DNA of 64,000 nt, taken from the NCBI GenBank assembly GCA_002471975.1, contig DKQZ01000032.1, positions 78,463 through 142,462 of the forward strand, given 5' to 3'. Positions 1-12,059 of the stretch are shown one piece after another. The notes under the pieces are model-generated. The model made no database searches. It saw nothing but the letters and a program-made list of their open reading frames with translations, and had not been told where the DNA came from. Numbering within the stretch: the stretch's first letter is position 1; each line of letters opens with the position of its first letter. The position numbers were made by a program, and so were the translations under genes. The DNA comes from Dialister sp. UBA7295. Lineage in GTDB: Bacteria; Bacillota; Negativicutes; Veillonellales; Dialisteraceae.

Positions 1-974
<974 letters not shown>

Positions 975-1003
975 TCAGGAAAGATCTTAAATTTCACAGG
1001 TCA

Positions 1004-1038
1004 TAAAAATCCCGGAAGACGGCTTCCGGGATTTTTTA
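1004..1038. terminator. Intrinsic terminator hairpin after ligA
   Basis: TAAAAATCCCGGAAG-acgg-CTTCCGGGATTTTTTA inverted repeat. Confidence 0.85.
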
Positions 1039-1157
1039 TGGACCGAAAGAAATCACAGGATGAATTATTTGGTTCCTGCCTTTTACGGCGCTTTATCTGG
1101 TGTGTTATAATTGATAAGGATTTTCTATTCACAAAGTAAGCATAAGGAAGTGTATCT

Positions 1158-1442
1158 ATGAAAATTACCACCGAAGAAGCAAAAAAGATTGCGCTCCTTT
1201 CCCGCCTGGAATTCTCACCGGAAGATCTGGAAAAGATGCGTGATTCCATGAACAGCATCCTGACCTATATGGAAGAATTGAACCAGTATGATACCAGCGA
1301 TGTTCCCCCGACGGTTCATGCCGTGGAACAGTACAATGTCATGCGTGAAGATGAACCGCATACATCTTTTACCAATGAAGAAGCACTGCAGAATGCGCCG
1401 GACAGTGAAGACGGCTATTTCAAAGTGCCAAAGATTATTTAA
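1158..1442 (+). CDS. gatC: Asp/Glu-tRNA amidotransferase subunit C
   Basis: IALLSRL..NVMRED..NAP..DGYFKVPKII; first gene of gatCAB. Confidence 0.95.
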   Translation: MKITTEEAKKIALLSRLEFSPEDLEKMRDSMNSILTYMEELNQYDTSDVPPTVHAVEQYNVMREDEPHTSFTNEEALQNAPDSEDGYFKVPKII

Positions 1443-1454
1443 GGAGGAAGAGCA

Positions 1455-2912
1455 GTGAAATATACCATTCATGATCTCCATGAACAGCTGGTCAGGAAAG
1501 AAATCTCCGCTGTTGAACTGACGAAGAAAATCATTGCTCACCGGGACAGTGTGGAAGGCGAAATCCATGCCTATCTGTCCACCAGTGATGAATCTGCATT
1601 AAAAACGGCTGCCCTTGTAGATGAAAAGATTGCAAGAGGCGAAGAAATTTCCGATATGGCCGGCATCCCGGGGGCCATTAAGGACAATATGTGCATTAAA
1701 GGGCAGACCTGCACGGCAGCATCGAAAATGCTTGAAAAGTGGGTATCTCCCTATGATGCCACTGTCATTGAAAGACTGAAAAAAGAAGACTATGTATCCC
1801 TGGGCAAGACGAATCTGGACGAATTCGCCATGGGCTCCTCCACCGAAAGGTCTGCCTTTGGCCCTTCCCGCAACCCCTGGAATACGGAATATGTTCCCGG
1901 CGGCTCATCCGGCGGCTCTGCGGCAGCGGTTGCAGCCAATGAAGCCATCTGGTCCCTGGGTTCCGATACCGGCGGATCGATTCGTCAGCCTGCATCCTTT
2001 AACGGTATCGTGGGCCTGAAACCAACGTATGGCCTTGTTTCCCGTTATGGACTTCTGGCTTTCGCATCTTCCCTTGACCAGATCGGGCCTCTTGTCAAAG
2101 ATGTGACCGATGCGGCTATCGTTTTGAATGCCATTGCGGGTCATGATGAAAGAGATTCCACTTCCATTCCTCTGGAAAAGAAGGACTATAAGAAAGCCCT
2201 TGTCCGCGATGTGAAGGGAATGAAGATCGGCGTACCGAAAGAGTTCTTCGGCAAAGGCATTAAGGAAGAAACAAAAGAAGCTATCCATAAGGCTCTCTCT
2301 TTCTACGAAAAAGAAGGGGCGGAAATCGTGGAAGTTTCCATTCCCCATATCAATAGCGGCGTATCCGTTTACTATATCATTGCTCCTGCAGAAGCCAGCT
2401 CGAATCTGGCCCGCTATGACGGAGTCAGCTATGGATTCCGGGCGGAAGGCAAAGATATTATCGATATGTATATCAAGACAAGAAGCCAGGGCTTTGGCGA
2501 AGAAGTGAAGCGCCGTATTATGCTGGGCAACTACGTTCTCTCTGCCGGCTACTATGATGCTTACTATCTGAAAGCACTGAAGGTCCGGACCCTCCTGAAA
2601 CAGGAATTTGATGAAGCTTTCAAGAAATGCGATGTCATTGCAGCGCCGTCCGCATCGGGCACCTCCTTTAAATTCGGCGCCTTCTCTGACCCGCTGTCCC
2701 TGTATATGGAAGATATCTGCACCGTTCCGGTCAACCTGATTGGCGCACCCTCCATCAGCATTCCGGTAGGTTTCAAAGATGGAATGCCGCTGGGCATGCA
2801 GCTCATCGGAAAGACACTGGGTGAAGAAACCATCCTTCAGGCAGCCTATACATTTGAACAGGCCCATCCTGAATTGACAAAGACCGCGCCAAAAGGAGAG
2901 ATTAAGGAATGA
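1455..2912 (+). CDS. gatA: Asp/Glu-tRNA amidotransferase subunit A
   Basis: Amidase signature [33 protein letters not shown]. Confidence 0.97.
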   Translation: MKYTIHDLHEQLVRKEISAVELTKKIIAHRDSVEGEIHAYLSTSDESALKTAALVDEKIARGEEISDMAGIPGAIKDNMCIKGQTCTAASKMLEKWVSPYDATVIERLKKEDYVSLGKTNLDEFAMGSSTERSAFGPSRNPWNTEYVPGGSSGGSAAAVAANEAIWSLGSDTGGSIRQPASFNGIVGLKPTYGLVSRYGLLAFASSLDQIGPLVKDVTDAAIVLNAIAGHDERDSTSIPLEKKDYKKALVRDVKGMKIGVPKEFFGKGIKEETKEAIHKALSFYEKEGAEIVEVSIPHINSGVSVYYIIAPAEASSNLARYDGVSYGFRAEGKDIIDMYIKTRSQGFGEEVKRRIMLGNYVLSAGYYDAYYLKALKVRTLLKQEFDEAFKKCDVIAAPSASGTSFKFGAFSDPLSLYMEDICTVPVNLIGAPSISIPVGFKDGMPLGMQLIGKTLGEETILQAAYTFEQAHPELTKTAPKGEIKE

Positions 2913-4354
2913 AATACGAAGCAGTCATCGGCCTTGAAGTTCATACGGAACTCCAGACAAAAACAAAAATTTTCTGCAGCTGCAAGACGTCCTTCGGCGC
3001 AGATCCGAATACCAATGTGTGCCCGGTATGCCTGGGCCTTCCGGGCGTCCTTCCTGTATTGAACAAGAAGGTACTGGAATACGCAGTACGGGCAGGCCTT
3101 GCACTGAACTGTGAAATTTCCCGGTTCAGCAAATTTGACCGTAAAAACTATTATTATCCGGATCTTCCGAAAAACTTCCAGACTTCCCAGTTCGATCTTC
3201 CTATCTGTGAACACGGATATCTGGATGTGGAGGTGAAAGGGGAAAAACGGAGAATCCGCATTACCCGCGCCCATATGGAAGAAGATGCGGGCAAACTTGT
3301 TCATCACGGCACTTCCATTACCGATTCCGATTACTCTCTGGTTGACTATAACCGTACCGGTACACCGCTTCTCGAAATCGTATCTGAACCGGATATGCGT
3401 TCCGCCAAAGAGGCCGTTGCCTATATGGAAAAAATGCGTGCCATCCTTCAGTATGTAGGTATTTCCGACTGCCGTATGGAGGAAGGAAGCCTTCGCTGCG
3501 ATGCCAACGTATCTGTTCGTCCGGTGGGCCAGAAAGAACTGGGCACCAAGACGGAAATCAAGAATATCAACTCCTTTAAAGGTGTTGAAAGAGCCATCGA
3601 ATATGAAGCCATGAGACAGGCAGAACTTCTCGAAGAGGGAGGCAAGGTAGTCCAGGAAACCCGTACCTGGGACGAAAAAGAAGGGGTTACCAAGAGCATG
3701 CGTACCAAGGAAGAAGCCAATGACTATCGCTACTTCCCGGAACCGGACCTTGTGCCTTTTACCGTCAGCGATGAATATATCGAAAACATTCGTAAGTCTC
3801 TCCCGGAACTTCCCGATGCCAGGAAAGCAAGATACATGAAGGAATTCGGCCTTTCTTCGGAAGATGCCGTATTCATGACCAATGATAAGGCCACAGCCGA
3901 TTACTTTGAAGCCATGGTGTCAGCGGGCGCAGACCCCAAAGCTGCCGTCAACTGGCTCATGGGCGAATTTGCATCCCAGCTTTCTGCCGACGGTACCGAA
4001 ATTGCTGAAGCGCCAGTTACTGCTGAAAATCTGGCAGGTCTTTTAAAGCTTATTGCGAAAGGAACTATTTCCGGAAAGATCGCCAAGAAAGTCTTTGCCA
4101 CCATGTGGAAGGAAGGCGGTAAGGCAGAAGATATCGTCAAGGCCCAGGGGCTGGTACAGATCTCTGATACCGGCGCTCTTCAGGCTCTTGTAGACAAAGT
4201 GGTCAGCGAAAATCCGAAGGCCGTGGAAGACTTCAAGGCAGGGAAGAAAAAGGCCGTGGGTGCCCTTGTAGGCCAGATCATGAAAGCTACGAAAGGCAAA
4301 GCCAACCCGAGAGTCATCAATGAACTTTTGAACAAGAAACTCAAATCCTTATGA
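2909..4354 (+). CDS. gatB: Asp/Glu-tRNA amidotransferase subunit B
   Basis: [38 protein letters not shown]. Confidence 0.97.
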   Translation: MKYEAVIGLEVHTELQTKTKIFCSCKTSFGADPNTNVCPVCLGLPGVLPVLNKKVLEYAVRAGLALNCEISRFSKFDRKNYYYPDLPKNFQTSQFDLPICEHGYLDVEVKGEKRRIRITRAHMEEDAGKLVHHGTSITDSDYSLVDYNRTGTPLLEIVSEPDMRSAKEAVAYMEKMRAILQYVGISDCRMEEGSLRCDANVSVRPVGQKELGTKTEIKNINSFKGVERAIEYEAMRQAELLEEGGKVVQETRTWDEKEGVTKSMRTKEEANDYRYFPEPDLVPFTVSDEYIENIRKSLPELPDARKARYMKEFGLSSEDAVFMTNDKATADYFEAMVSAGADPKAAVNWLMGEFASQLSADGTEIAEAPVTAENLAGLLKLIAKGTISGKIAKKVFATMWKEGGKAEDIVKAQGLVQISDTGALQALVDKVVSENPKAVEDFKAGKKKAVGALVGQIMKATKGKANPRVINELLNKKLKSL

Positions 4355-4704
4355 GCGAACCAGTCAAAGATGATGAGTATACGGAAGTTCATGAAGAACC
4401 CCGTACCATGTCAGAAGATGATGTCCGTGATTATCACGGGCTGACCCTGAATGAAAAAGGCGAAGAAGAACGAACCGGTCCTCAAGGCAATGAGGATATC
4501 CATGTGGGTAATGTCCATGTTCATGTGGTCAGTCTGGAAACCATGCCTTTATGGAAAAAGCTGCTCTTTGGCCTGATCTGTGTGGCTGTCATTGCTTTTT
4601 TTCTTGTATTTGCTATCGCAGCGGCCTGGGTTTTTGCCATTGGCGGCGCCGTGATTTTCGTGGCAGGAGTCATTCTTTATTTCTTACGAAAATACCTTTT
4701 ATAG
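4351..4704 (+). CDS. Hypothetical membrane protein (acidic N-terminus, two C-terminal TM segments)
   Basis: ATGA overlap with gatB stop, hydrophobic C-terminus, followed by terminator. Confidence 0.75.
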   Translation: MSEPVKDDEYTEVHEEPRTMSEDDVRDYHGLTLNEKGEEERTGPQGNEDIHVGNVHVHVVSLETMPLWKKLLFGLICVAVIAFFLVFAIAAAWVFAIGGAVIFVAGVILYFLRKYLL

Positions 4705-4736
4705 AAAAAGCCTCTCCGGAAGGGGAGGCTTTTCTA
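4702..4736 (+). terminator. Terminator of the gat operon
   Basis: AAAAGCCTCTCC-ggaa-GGGGAGGCTTTT hairpin. Confidence 0.8.
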
Positions 4737-4959
4737 TTTACAGACTGATGAGGATAACTGTTTTAAAGAACTGAAATTACAGGGACTTATTCGTGCAGCG
4801 ATCAAATGGTATTTCCAGAAAGGAAATTTTTCTGCTCACGGTTGTCCAAACTTGAAAATTTTGTCCGGAAAATATAAATGGTATACTCCATCATAACTTT
4901 GAATGTGATACAATAAGGACAACTGTGAAAGAGAAAGTGTACTATATTGGAGGTATACA

Positions 4960-5925
4960 ATGAACAGACAACTTTCTATGGAATTTGTAAGAATCACCGA
5001 ACAGGCTGCCCTTCTGAGCGGCCGTCTCATGGGCGTTGGTGATAAAGAAGGGGCAGACCAGGCTGCCGTTGACGGGATGCATCAGCAGTTTGCCAAGACT
5101 CCTGTTTCCGGAACCGTAGTGATTGGCGAAGGCGAAATCGATGAAGCCCCGATGCTCTATATTGGTGAACATGTGGGAGCCGGCGGAGAAGAAGTGGATA
5201 TCGCAGTTGATCCTGTAGAAGGAACAAATCTGGTAGCCAAAGGACAGAATGGCGCCATTGCCGTACTGGCCATTGCTCCCAAAGGCTGCCTGCTTCATGC
5301 TCCTGATATGTATATGCAGAAAATCTGCGTAGGCCCGAGGGCTAAAGGCAGGATCGATATCAATGCTTCCGTAACGGAAAACCTGAAAAACGTGGCTGAT
5401 GCCATGAACCGTGAAATTTCCGACCTCACCGTTGTCATCCTTGACCGTGAAAGACATGAAGGCATTATCCGTGAAGCCAGGGCTGCCGGCGCCAGAATCC
5501 GCCTCATTACCGATGGCGACGTGGTTCCGTCCATTGACTGCGGTATTCAGGGAAGCGGTATCCATATGGTCATGGGTTCCGGCGGAGCTCCGGAAGGGGT
5601 TCTTTCCGCAGTAGGCCTGAAATGCCTTGGCGGCGACATGCAGGCAAAACTGCTCCCCCATACCGATGAAGAACTGAGAAGACTCCATGAAATGGGAATC
5701 GATGACCCGAACAAAGTCCTTACACTGGACGATCTGGTCAAAGGGGATGACTGCATTTTCTCTGAAACCGCTATTACCGACTGCGCAATGCTCCGCGGTG
5801 TCCGCTACTTTGGCGGTGGTGCAAGAACTTCCACCCTGGTGCTCCGCTACAAGACCGGAACGGTCCGTTTCGTAGATACCATCCATCGTTTTGGCGATCC
5901 AAGACCGGCAGTACGCCTGTCCTGA
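4960..5925 (+). CDS. glpX: Fructose-1,6-bisphosphatase class II
   Basis: VVIGEGEIDEAPMLYIGE, DIAVDPVEGT, GGAPEGV; RBS GGAGG. Confidence 0.95.
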   Translation: MNRQLSMEFVRITEQAALLSGRLMGVGDKEGADQAAVDGMHQQFAKTPVSGTVVIGEGEIDEAPMLYIGEHVGAGGEEVDIAVDPVEGTNLVAKGQNGAIAVLAIAPKGCLLHAPDMYMQKICVGPRAKGRIDINASVTENLKNVADAMNREISDLTVVILDRERHEGIIREARAAGARIRLITDGDVVPSIDCGIQGSGIHMVMGSGGAPEGVLSAVGLKCLGGDMQAKLLPHTDEELRRLHEMGIDDPNKVLTLDDLVKGDDCIFSETAITDCAMLRGVRYFGGGARTSTLVLRYKTGTVRFVDTIHRFGDPRPAVRLS

Positions 5926-6064
5926 TTCAGGATTTATAAAATAAAATGGCTTCCCTCGGGGAGCCATTTTTATTTCCATATACTTTTTAAACTTTTCAAA
6001 ACTCCATGGCCCATAGTATAATAAAGAAGCTTTGTATCATGAATTTAGAAATGGAGAGTTGACT

Positions 6065-6490
6065 ATGAGCAATCTGAACAAGAAATGCCGGGTTCACTAT
6101 GAGGGAACCTTTAATGACGGGACAAAGTTTGATTCCTCCTATGACCGGGGCCAGCCGCTGGAATTTACCTGCGGTGCCGGACAGATGATTAAAGGTTTTG
6201 ATGCTGCGGTAGTGGATATGAAAGTAGGGGAAATCAAAAATGTTCACCTCATGCCGGAGGAAGCCTATGGTATGCCGGATCCGAGAAATATTTTCACCGT
6301 CGGATTAAAACAGCTGCCCGGTTCTGAAAAGCTTTCCGTCGGTGCCCGTGTCATGCTGACAGGTCCCATGGGACGATTCCCTGTCACGGTGACTGAAAAG
6401 ACCGATGCCACCATTACCTTCGATGCCAACAGTGAAATGGCAGGAAAGGAACTGAATTTCAAAATCGAACTGGTATCTGTGGAAGATTGA
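6065..6490 (+). CDS. FKBP-type peptidyl-prolyl isomerase (SlyD/SlpA-like)
   Basis: VHYEGT..DGTKFDSS..PLEF..GQMIKGFD..PEEAYG..AGKELNFKIE; start moved to the ATG after GGAG. Confidence 0.9.
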   Translation: MSNLNKKCRVHYEGTFNDGTKFDSSYDRGQPLEFTCGAGQMIKGFDAAVVDMKVGEIKNVHLMPEEAYGMPDPRNIFTVGLKQLPGSEKLSVGARVMLTGPMGRFPVTVTEKTDATITFDANSEMAGKELNFKIELVSVED

Positions 6491-6600
6491 TTCTGATGTG
6501 GATTCTCAAAGCTCTTTTCCCACTCGGGAAAGGGCTTTTAAAATTGAAAAACTCCCGAAACGGGATATCCGTTTCAGGAGTTTTTATGTATCAGAAGAAA

Positions 6601-7173
6601 TTAATAGTTTTCAGCCTTGATAGCGAAGAAGCTTCTCGGATGACCGCAGACAGGGCATTCTACCGGAGCTTCCACAGCTTCAACGGTGTAGCCGCAGTTA
6701 GCGCACATCCAGAGTTTCTTTTCACCCTTCTTGAAGACCTGTTCGTTTTCCACGTTTGCGAGAAGAAGTTTATAACGTTCTTCATGGGATTTTTCGATTT
6801 CGCCTACTTTTCTGAAGAGGAAGGCAATCTTCGGGAAACCTTCTTTTTCAGCGGTTTCAGCAAATTCCGGATACATGGATGTCCATTCTTCATGTTCGCC
6901 GGCAGCAGCTGCTTTCAGATTGGCAGCAGTGCCATTCTTCAGATCGCCTACGAGCCAGAACCAGATTTTGGCATGAGCTCTTTCATTGAGAGCGGTTTCT
7001 CTGAAAATGTCAGCAATCTGGCGGGAGATTTTCGGGTCTTTTTCTGCTTCGGCAGCAAAAAGGGTATACTTTACGTGAGCCTGGGATTCACCGGCATAGG
7101 CAGCACGCAGATTTTTTTCGGTCTGGGTGCCGGCAACTTTTTTCATTTCTTCAACAAAGTTATCGTCGTACAT
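6601..7173 (-). CDS. rbr: Rubrerythrin
   Basis: [26 protein letters not shown] di-iron ligands; C-terminal rubredoxin CANCG..CPVCGHP. Confidence 0.95.
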   Translation of the reverse strand: MYDDNFVEEMKKVAGTQTEKNLRAAYAGESQAHVKYTLFAAEAEKDPKISRQIADIFRETALNERAHAKIWFWLVGDLKNGTAANLKAAAAGEHEEWTSMYPEFAETAEKEGFPKIAFLFRKVGEIEKSHEERYKLLLANVENEQVFKKGEKKLWMCANCGYTVEAVEAPVECPVCGHPRSFFAIKAENY

Positions 7174-7239
7174 AATAGTCCTCCTTTTAAAATAGCAGGA
7201 ATAACAGCAGATATCAGAAATATTCTGCCTTACAAGTTC

Positions 7240-7268
7240 AGTATAAATTCTTTATCGATAAAAGTCAA
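7240..7268 (-). promoter_or_regulatory. Candidate sigma70 promoter for rbr with a palindrome in the spacer
   Basis: Minus strand TTGACT-17-TATACT; spacer contains TTTATCGATAAA palindrome (7251-7262). Confidence 0.55.
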
Positions 7269-7542
7269 ATCAATAAAACTCATAGCTTTTTTGCACTTGT
7301 ATGAGACATATAAAAGGCAATTGATTATTTTTTTGGAATGGTTATAAGAAAATTTTTTCAATTACTTAAATGTATATTCTGCGAAAAAATATATTTATTT
7401 TATTCAAGAAATTGTAAAATAAAAGATAGATAGGCGGATGTATCAGGTAATAATTTATTAGAATTCTACAAATTTTACACAATATTTACATACATGGGGT
7501 AACATGAAATAAACGGAATGCGTTCAATAACGGAGGGCACCT

Positions 7543-8169
7543 ATGTTTAGTCTTGTCAACAAGCATGAAGAATTTTTTGATTTTCTGGTCACCAATGCTG
7601 AATATTTCCATAAAGGAACGGTTCTGGCCAGAGATGTGCTTCAGGATCCCGCAAAACTGGAACGTTCGATCAGGGAAGTCAGGAATCTGGAGCATTCTGC
7701 TGATGAGGTTACCCACAATATTTCAGCCAGGATGCGGCACGTCTTCATTACTCCTATTGACAGAGAGGATTTTTTTCTGCTGACCACCACGCTTGATGAC
7801 TGCGTGGATGATATCCAGGATGTGGTTTTGAGTCTTAAACTGTATCATGCAGGGATCGGTTCACAAATGGCTCTCCGCATGGCTGATATCCTTGTCAATA
7901 TGTCATCCGAACTCATCGTGCTTTTTCGCCTTTTGAAGGAAATAGACAAGAATGAAACGGAAATTGGTGAAAGGGCAAGGAAAATTAATGCTTTGGAAAG
8001 TGAAGGAGATGAAGTGTACCGGAATACCATTTCCGCTCTTTTCGACGGCACCCATGAAGTGATGGAAATTATTCGCCGGAAGGAAATTATGGAGGCTATG
8101 GAAGAAACGGCCAACCGGGCGGAGAAGGTGGGGAACCTGATTAAAGAGGTGGTCATGAAATATGCCTGA
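7543..8169 (+). CDS. DUF47/PhoU-like Pit accessory protein
   Basis: LEHSAD..FITPIDRED, LESEGDEVYR; upstream of Pit transporter. Confidence 0.9.
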   Translation: MFSLVNKHEEFFDFLVTNAEYFHKGTVLARDVLQDPAKLERSIREVRNLEHSADEVTHNISARMRHVFITPIDREDFFLLTTTLDDCVDDIQDVVLSLKLYHAGIGSQMALRMADILVNMSSELIVLFRLLKEIDKNETEIGERARKINALESEGDEVYRNTISALFDGTHEVMEIIRRKEIMEAMEETANRAEKVGNLIKEVVMKYA

Positions 8170-9157
8170 TCTGTACATTATCGCTTTCCTTATCTGTCTG
8201 GCCCTGTGTTTTGATTTTATTAACGGCTTCCATGATACAGCCAATGCCATAGCGACCTGTGTGGCTACCCGCGCACTCAGTCCAAAGGTGGCCATTACTA
8301 TGTCGGCCATACTGAATTTTGTGGGGGCCATGATTTCGACCGGTGTAGCCAAGACGATTGGCGGAGAAATCGTCACTTCTCCCCAGATGGTCGATTCCGT
8401 AGTGCTTTCATCAGCTCTTGCATCCGCGATCATATGGAATCTGTTTACCTGGCGCATCGGTATGCCGTCCAGTTCTTCTCATGCCCTTATTGGCGGCGTT
8501 ATTGGCGCGGTTATTATTTCTTATGGCACCGGGGCTATTCATGCGGCCGGCGTCATGACGATTGTCATTGGGCTTGTGTGCTCGCCCGTGTGTGCCCTTA
8601 TAACAGGTTATATTATTATGACGATTCTGTATGTGCTTTTCCGGAATGTCGGCAAGTCCCGCGTGAATTATGTGGCTACCCATATCCAGATGGTTTCGGC
8701 AGCGCTTATGGCTTTTTCACATGGATCCAATGATGCCCAGAAGTCCATGGGGATTATTACACTTGCTCTTCTTTCAGGCGGTTATATCAGCCAGCTGGAA
8801 GTGCCCTGGGAAGTAAAAGTGGCCTGTGCCCTTGCCATGTCACTGGGAACTTCCGTGGGAGGGTGGAAGATTATCCGCACTGTGGGCAACAAGATTTTCC
8901 GCATGCAGCCGGTGAATGGTCTGGCTGCTGACCTGAATTCGGCCATTACTATTTTCAGCGCTACCATGCTTCATTTGCCCGTATCTACTACTCATGTAGT
9001 GACGGGGTCCATTATGGGCGTAGGCTGGGCGACGAGATTTCGCGCCGTTCACTGGAGCGTGGCCTATCAGATGGTTTCTGCCTGGGTTATGACGATTCCC
9101 TGCACCGCCGTGGTGGGGGCTGTTGTTTATCTCATCATCCGGCAGATTTTGGGATAA
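8162..9157 (+). CDS. pit: Inorganic phosphate transporter, PiT family
   Basis: NGFHDTANAIAT, PSSSSHALIGG, HGSNDAQK, PVSTTH. Confidence 0.95.
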   Translation: MPDLYIIAFLICLALCFDFINGFHDTANAIATCVATRALSPKVAITMSAILNFVGAMISTGVAKTIGGEIVTSPQMVDSVVLSSALASAIIWNLFTWRIGMPSSSSHALIGGVIGAVIISYGTGAIHAAGVMTIVIGLVCSPVCALITGYIIMTILYVLFRNVGKSRVNYVATHIQMVSAALMAFSHGSNDAQKSMGIITLALLSGGYISQLEVPWEVKVACALAMSLGTSVGGWKIIRTVGNKIFRMQPVNGLAADLNSAITIFSATMLHLPVSTTHVVTGSIMGVGWATRFRAVHWSVAYQMVSAWVMTIPCTAVVGAVVYLIIRQILG

Positions 9158-9293
9158 AAATTCAAAAACCGCAGTGAAGGCTGCGGTTTTTTGATTGCCC
9201 TGACAGCCGGCCGCTTTTGAAATTGTTTTATTTCCCGGATATGGTACAATAGGACAGATATAGGTAACCCGGGCAGGGTATAGGGAGGACAAA

Positions 9294-10163
9294 ATGCTGA
9301 TTCAATGGTTTCCCGGTCATATGACCAAGACGAAAAGAATGATTGAAACCCATCTGAAAGCGGTAGATGTGGTGGCAGAACTTCTGGATGCCAGAATTCC
9401 CGCTTCCAGTGCCAACCCCATGGTGGATGAACTGGTACAGGGAAAACCGAGAATCGTAATCCTGAATAAGGCGGATCTTGCAGATCCGAAGGAAACGGAT
9501 AAATGGGTGAGTTACTACCGGAGAAGGGATATTCCGGTGGTGCCTATGAGCGTTGGGAATGCGAAAAATAAAAAGAAACTGCTTGCGCTGATTCGTGAGA
9601 CCGCAGCGCCGGTTCTGGCTAAATGGCAGAGGAGAGGGCTTAAAGCCCGTTCCGTACGTATTATGATTCTGGGGATTCCCAATGTTGGCAAATCTTCCTT
9701 AATCAATTTCCTTGCCGGCACGGCGGCGGCCAGGACGGCCAATACGCCGGGCCACACCCGGGGAAAACAGTGGGTTCGTCTTTCAGAAGGGCTCGATCTT
9801 CTGGATACGCCCGGAGTTTTGTGGCCAAAGTTTGATGACCAGACTGCGGCTCTCCGGCTCGCTGCTACCGGGGCTATTGCCGGTGATGTATTTAACCCGG
9901 ATGAAGTGGTTCCTGTTCTTCTTTCTTCTTTGGCAGAAACGGCGCCGCAGGTGCTGAAGGAAGTGTATCGCATAGAAGATGTGCATCAGGATCCCCAGCT
10001 TCTTCTGGAAGCAGCCGGCCGCAGGAGAGGATGTCTCCTTCCGGGAGGCGCCATCGATTATGATCGCGCGGAAACGGTGGTGCTCCGTGATTTCAGAAGC
10101 GGCAGGCTGGGACGGATTACCCTGGATCCCCTGCCTTCGGAGGATAGACATGAAAATAGCTGA
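9294..10163 (+). CDS. rbgA: Ribosome biogenesis GTPase RbgA (YlqF)
   Basis: IQWFPGHM, NKADL, GIPNVGKSS, LLDTPG. Confidence 0.95.
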   Translation: MLIQWFPGHMTKTKRMIETHLKAVDVVAELLDARIPASSANPMVDELVQGKPRIVILNKADLADPKETDKWVSYYRRRDIPVVPMSVGNAKNKKKLLALIRETAAPVLAKWQRRGLKARSVRIMILGIPNVGKSSLINFLAGTAAARTANTPGHTRGKQWVRLSEGLDLLDTPGVLWPKFDDQTAALRLAATGAIAGDVFNPDEVVPVLLSSLAETAPQVLKEVYRIEDVHQDPQLLLEAAGRRRGCLLPGGAIDYDRAETVVLRDFRSGRLGRITLDPLPSEDRHENS

Positions 10164-10917
10164 AATCCGTGAAATATTACAGAAAGATGATGTTCCGGAA
10201 GAAGTACTGCAGGAAATACTCTCCGATTCCCGTAAAGGGGTACAGAACCTTGTGCAGGCCTACATGAAAAGACTTGAGAAGCTGAGCCGGGAAAAATTGC
10301 GTGTGGAATCCATGTATGAGGTGGAAAGCAGTTTTTATAAAAAAGGCATGAATCTCATAGCCGGTATAGATGAAGTTGGAAGGGGACCTCTGGCTGGGCC
10401 GGTGACGGTGGCAGCTGTCATTCTGAAGCCTCACTGGTTTGCGGCAGGGTTGAATGATTCCAAGAAAGTAACGCCCGTTCACCGGGAGGAACTTTCAAAG
10501 AAAATCCATGAGGAAGCTGTGGATATTTCCATTTACAGCCTTCCGCCGGAAGAGATTGATGCCGTAAATATTTATGAAGCGACCATGATGGCCATGTATC
10601 AGGCAGTAAAAAACCTGAAAGTGAAGCCGGATGCAGTCATTGTGGATGCCATGCCTCTCCATTTTCCCTTCCCCACGGTATCCATGATTCATGGTGACGC
10701 CCGAAGCGCTTCGGTAGCTGCCGCGTCAATCGTGGCTAAAGTATATCGGGATCATCTGATGGATGAGTATGACAGGGAATATCCGGGTTACGGTTTTGCC
10801 AAAAACAAGGGATATGGTACGGCAGAGCATATTCATGCTTTAGAAGAGCTGGGGGTGACTCCTATCCACAGGAGAAGTTTTGAACCGGTGAAAAGCATGG
10901 TTCTGGGCAGATATTAG
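10150..10917 (+). CDS. rnhB: Ribonuclease HII
   Basis: AGIDEVGRGPLAGPV, LNDSKK, AAASIVAKV, KGYGT..H, HRRSF; start placed at ATG 10150 after GGAGG. Confidence 0.95.
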   Translation: MKIAEIREILQKDDVPEEVLQEILSDSRKGVQNLVQAYMKRLEKLSREKLRVESMYEVESSFYKKGMNLIAGIDEVGRGPLAGPVTVAAVILKPHWFAAGLNDSKKVTPVHREELSKKIHEEAVDISIYSLPPEEIDAVNIYEATMMAMYQAVKNLKVKPDAVIVDAMPLHFPFPTVSMIHGDARSASVAAASIVAKVYRDHLMDEYDREYPGYGFAKNKGYGTAEHIHALEELGVTPIHRRSFEPVKSMVLGRY

Positions 10918-10930
10918 AGAGGAGTATACT

Positions 10931-11206
10931 ATGAAACAATGTATGGATTCGGAAAATCTCCATCGTCGTTTAAAGAAAATTATCGGACAGGTTCAGGCTA
11001 TCGACAGAATGGTAGATGAGGATATTCCCTGCGAGGATATCATTACACAGGTCAATGCGGCCAAGTCGGCCCTTCACAAGGTGGGGCAGATCATTCTGGA
11101 AGGTCATCTGCAGCACTGTGTGCGGGATGGTATCGAACAGGGGAACGCGGAGGAGACCATCGCCAAGTTCGCCAAGGCGGTGGAAAGATTTTCTAATATA
11201 ATATAA
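10931..11206 (+). CDS. csoR: CsoR/RcnR family metal-sensing repressor
   Basis: RLKKIIGQV..C(EDII)..HLQHCV metal-ligand pattern. Confidence 0.85.
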   Translation: MKQCMDSENLHRRLKKIIGQVQAIDRMVDEDIPCEDIITQVNAAKSALHKVGQIILEGHLQHCVRDGIEQGNAEETIAKFAKAVERFSNII

Positions 11207-11420
11207 GAGTTCAACATTAATCCATAAATAATTTAAGAATGAATCAAAAAAACAATAATAAAATTAAAAATAATTATTTTAAAATACAATTTGATTAAAA
11301 ATTCGGAAGCGTCCGCTGATTTTATTGCTACTTCCTTTTTTGAGTGTTACAATTTTAAAAGTGGCAGATAATGAAAACATAAATGCCATGTATTTTTGTT
11401 GTCCTGCGGAGGATTTCTAT

Positions 11421-12059
11421 TTGTATCCGGTCAACATCAAGGTCAGGGATATGAGCTGCCTCGTGATCGGGGGCGGGCATATAGCTCTGAGAAAAGTCAG
11501 TAAACTTCTTCATGAAGGAGCAGAGGTAACGGTACTGGCACCGGCTCTTTCGGAAGAACTTATGGAATTGTATCGGAAAAATCGCATCCAATGGAAGCAG
11601 GCTTTTTATAAGCCTGGAGATACTGCAGGGTATCATTTCGTGGTGACAGCCTGTGGAGTAAGAAATGTGGCAGAACAGGTACGGAAAGAAGCTTTGAATC
11701 ATTTTTTTCTGTACAATGGGGCGGATTTTCCATCTTTGGGAAACTGTTCTCTGCCTGCCGGTTTTGAAACGGGAGGAATCGGATTTGCCATTTCCACCAA
11801 TGGCCGGTCTCCTGCCATGGCAAAATATATAAAAACATGGCTGGAGAGGGAGATTCCCCCTTCTTTTGGTGCCTGGCTTGACCGGGTGAGCGTGATTCGG
11901 GAAGGGCTTCCGGATGAACTCTCTTCCAGCCGGGCAAGGGAATGCTTCTGGCATTCCGTTTTTAGTGACCAGATCATGAATCTGGTCCTTTCAGGGAAGT
12001 TGGACGAAGCAGAGGAGTGTGTACGTCATGCAATTGGTCGTTTTAGGACTGAACCATAA
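11421..12059 (+). CDS. Precorrin-2 dehydrogenase/sirohydrochlorin ferrochelatase (SirC/CysG N-terminal type)
   Basis: YPVNI..CLVIGGGHIALRK, AISTNGRSPA; TTG start at 11421 after GGAGGA. Confidence 0.85.
   Translation: MYPVNIKVRDMSCLVIGGGHIALRKVSKLLHEGAEVTVLAPALSEELMELYRKNRIQWKQAFYKPGDTAGYHFVVTACGVRNVAEQVRKEALNHFFLYNGADFPSLGNCSLPAGFETGGIGFAISTNGRSPAMAKYIKTWLEREIPPSFGAWLDRVSVIREGLPDELSSSRARECFWHSVFSDQIMNLVLSGKLDEAEECVRHAIGRFRTEP

Noticed and set aside
4745-4800. Hammerhead-like CTGATGAG...GAAA in the intergenic region before glpX
   Set aside because: The required stems I-III could not be paired.
6487-7347. 286-aa plus-strand ORF
   Set aside because: Antisense to rubrerythrin and crosses two terminator hairpins.
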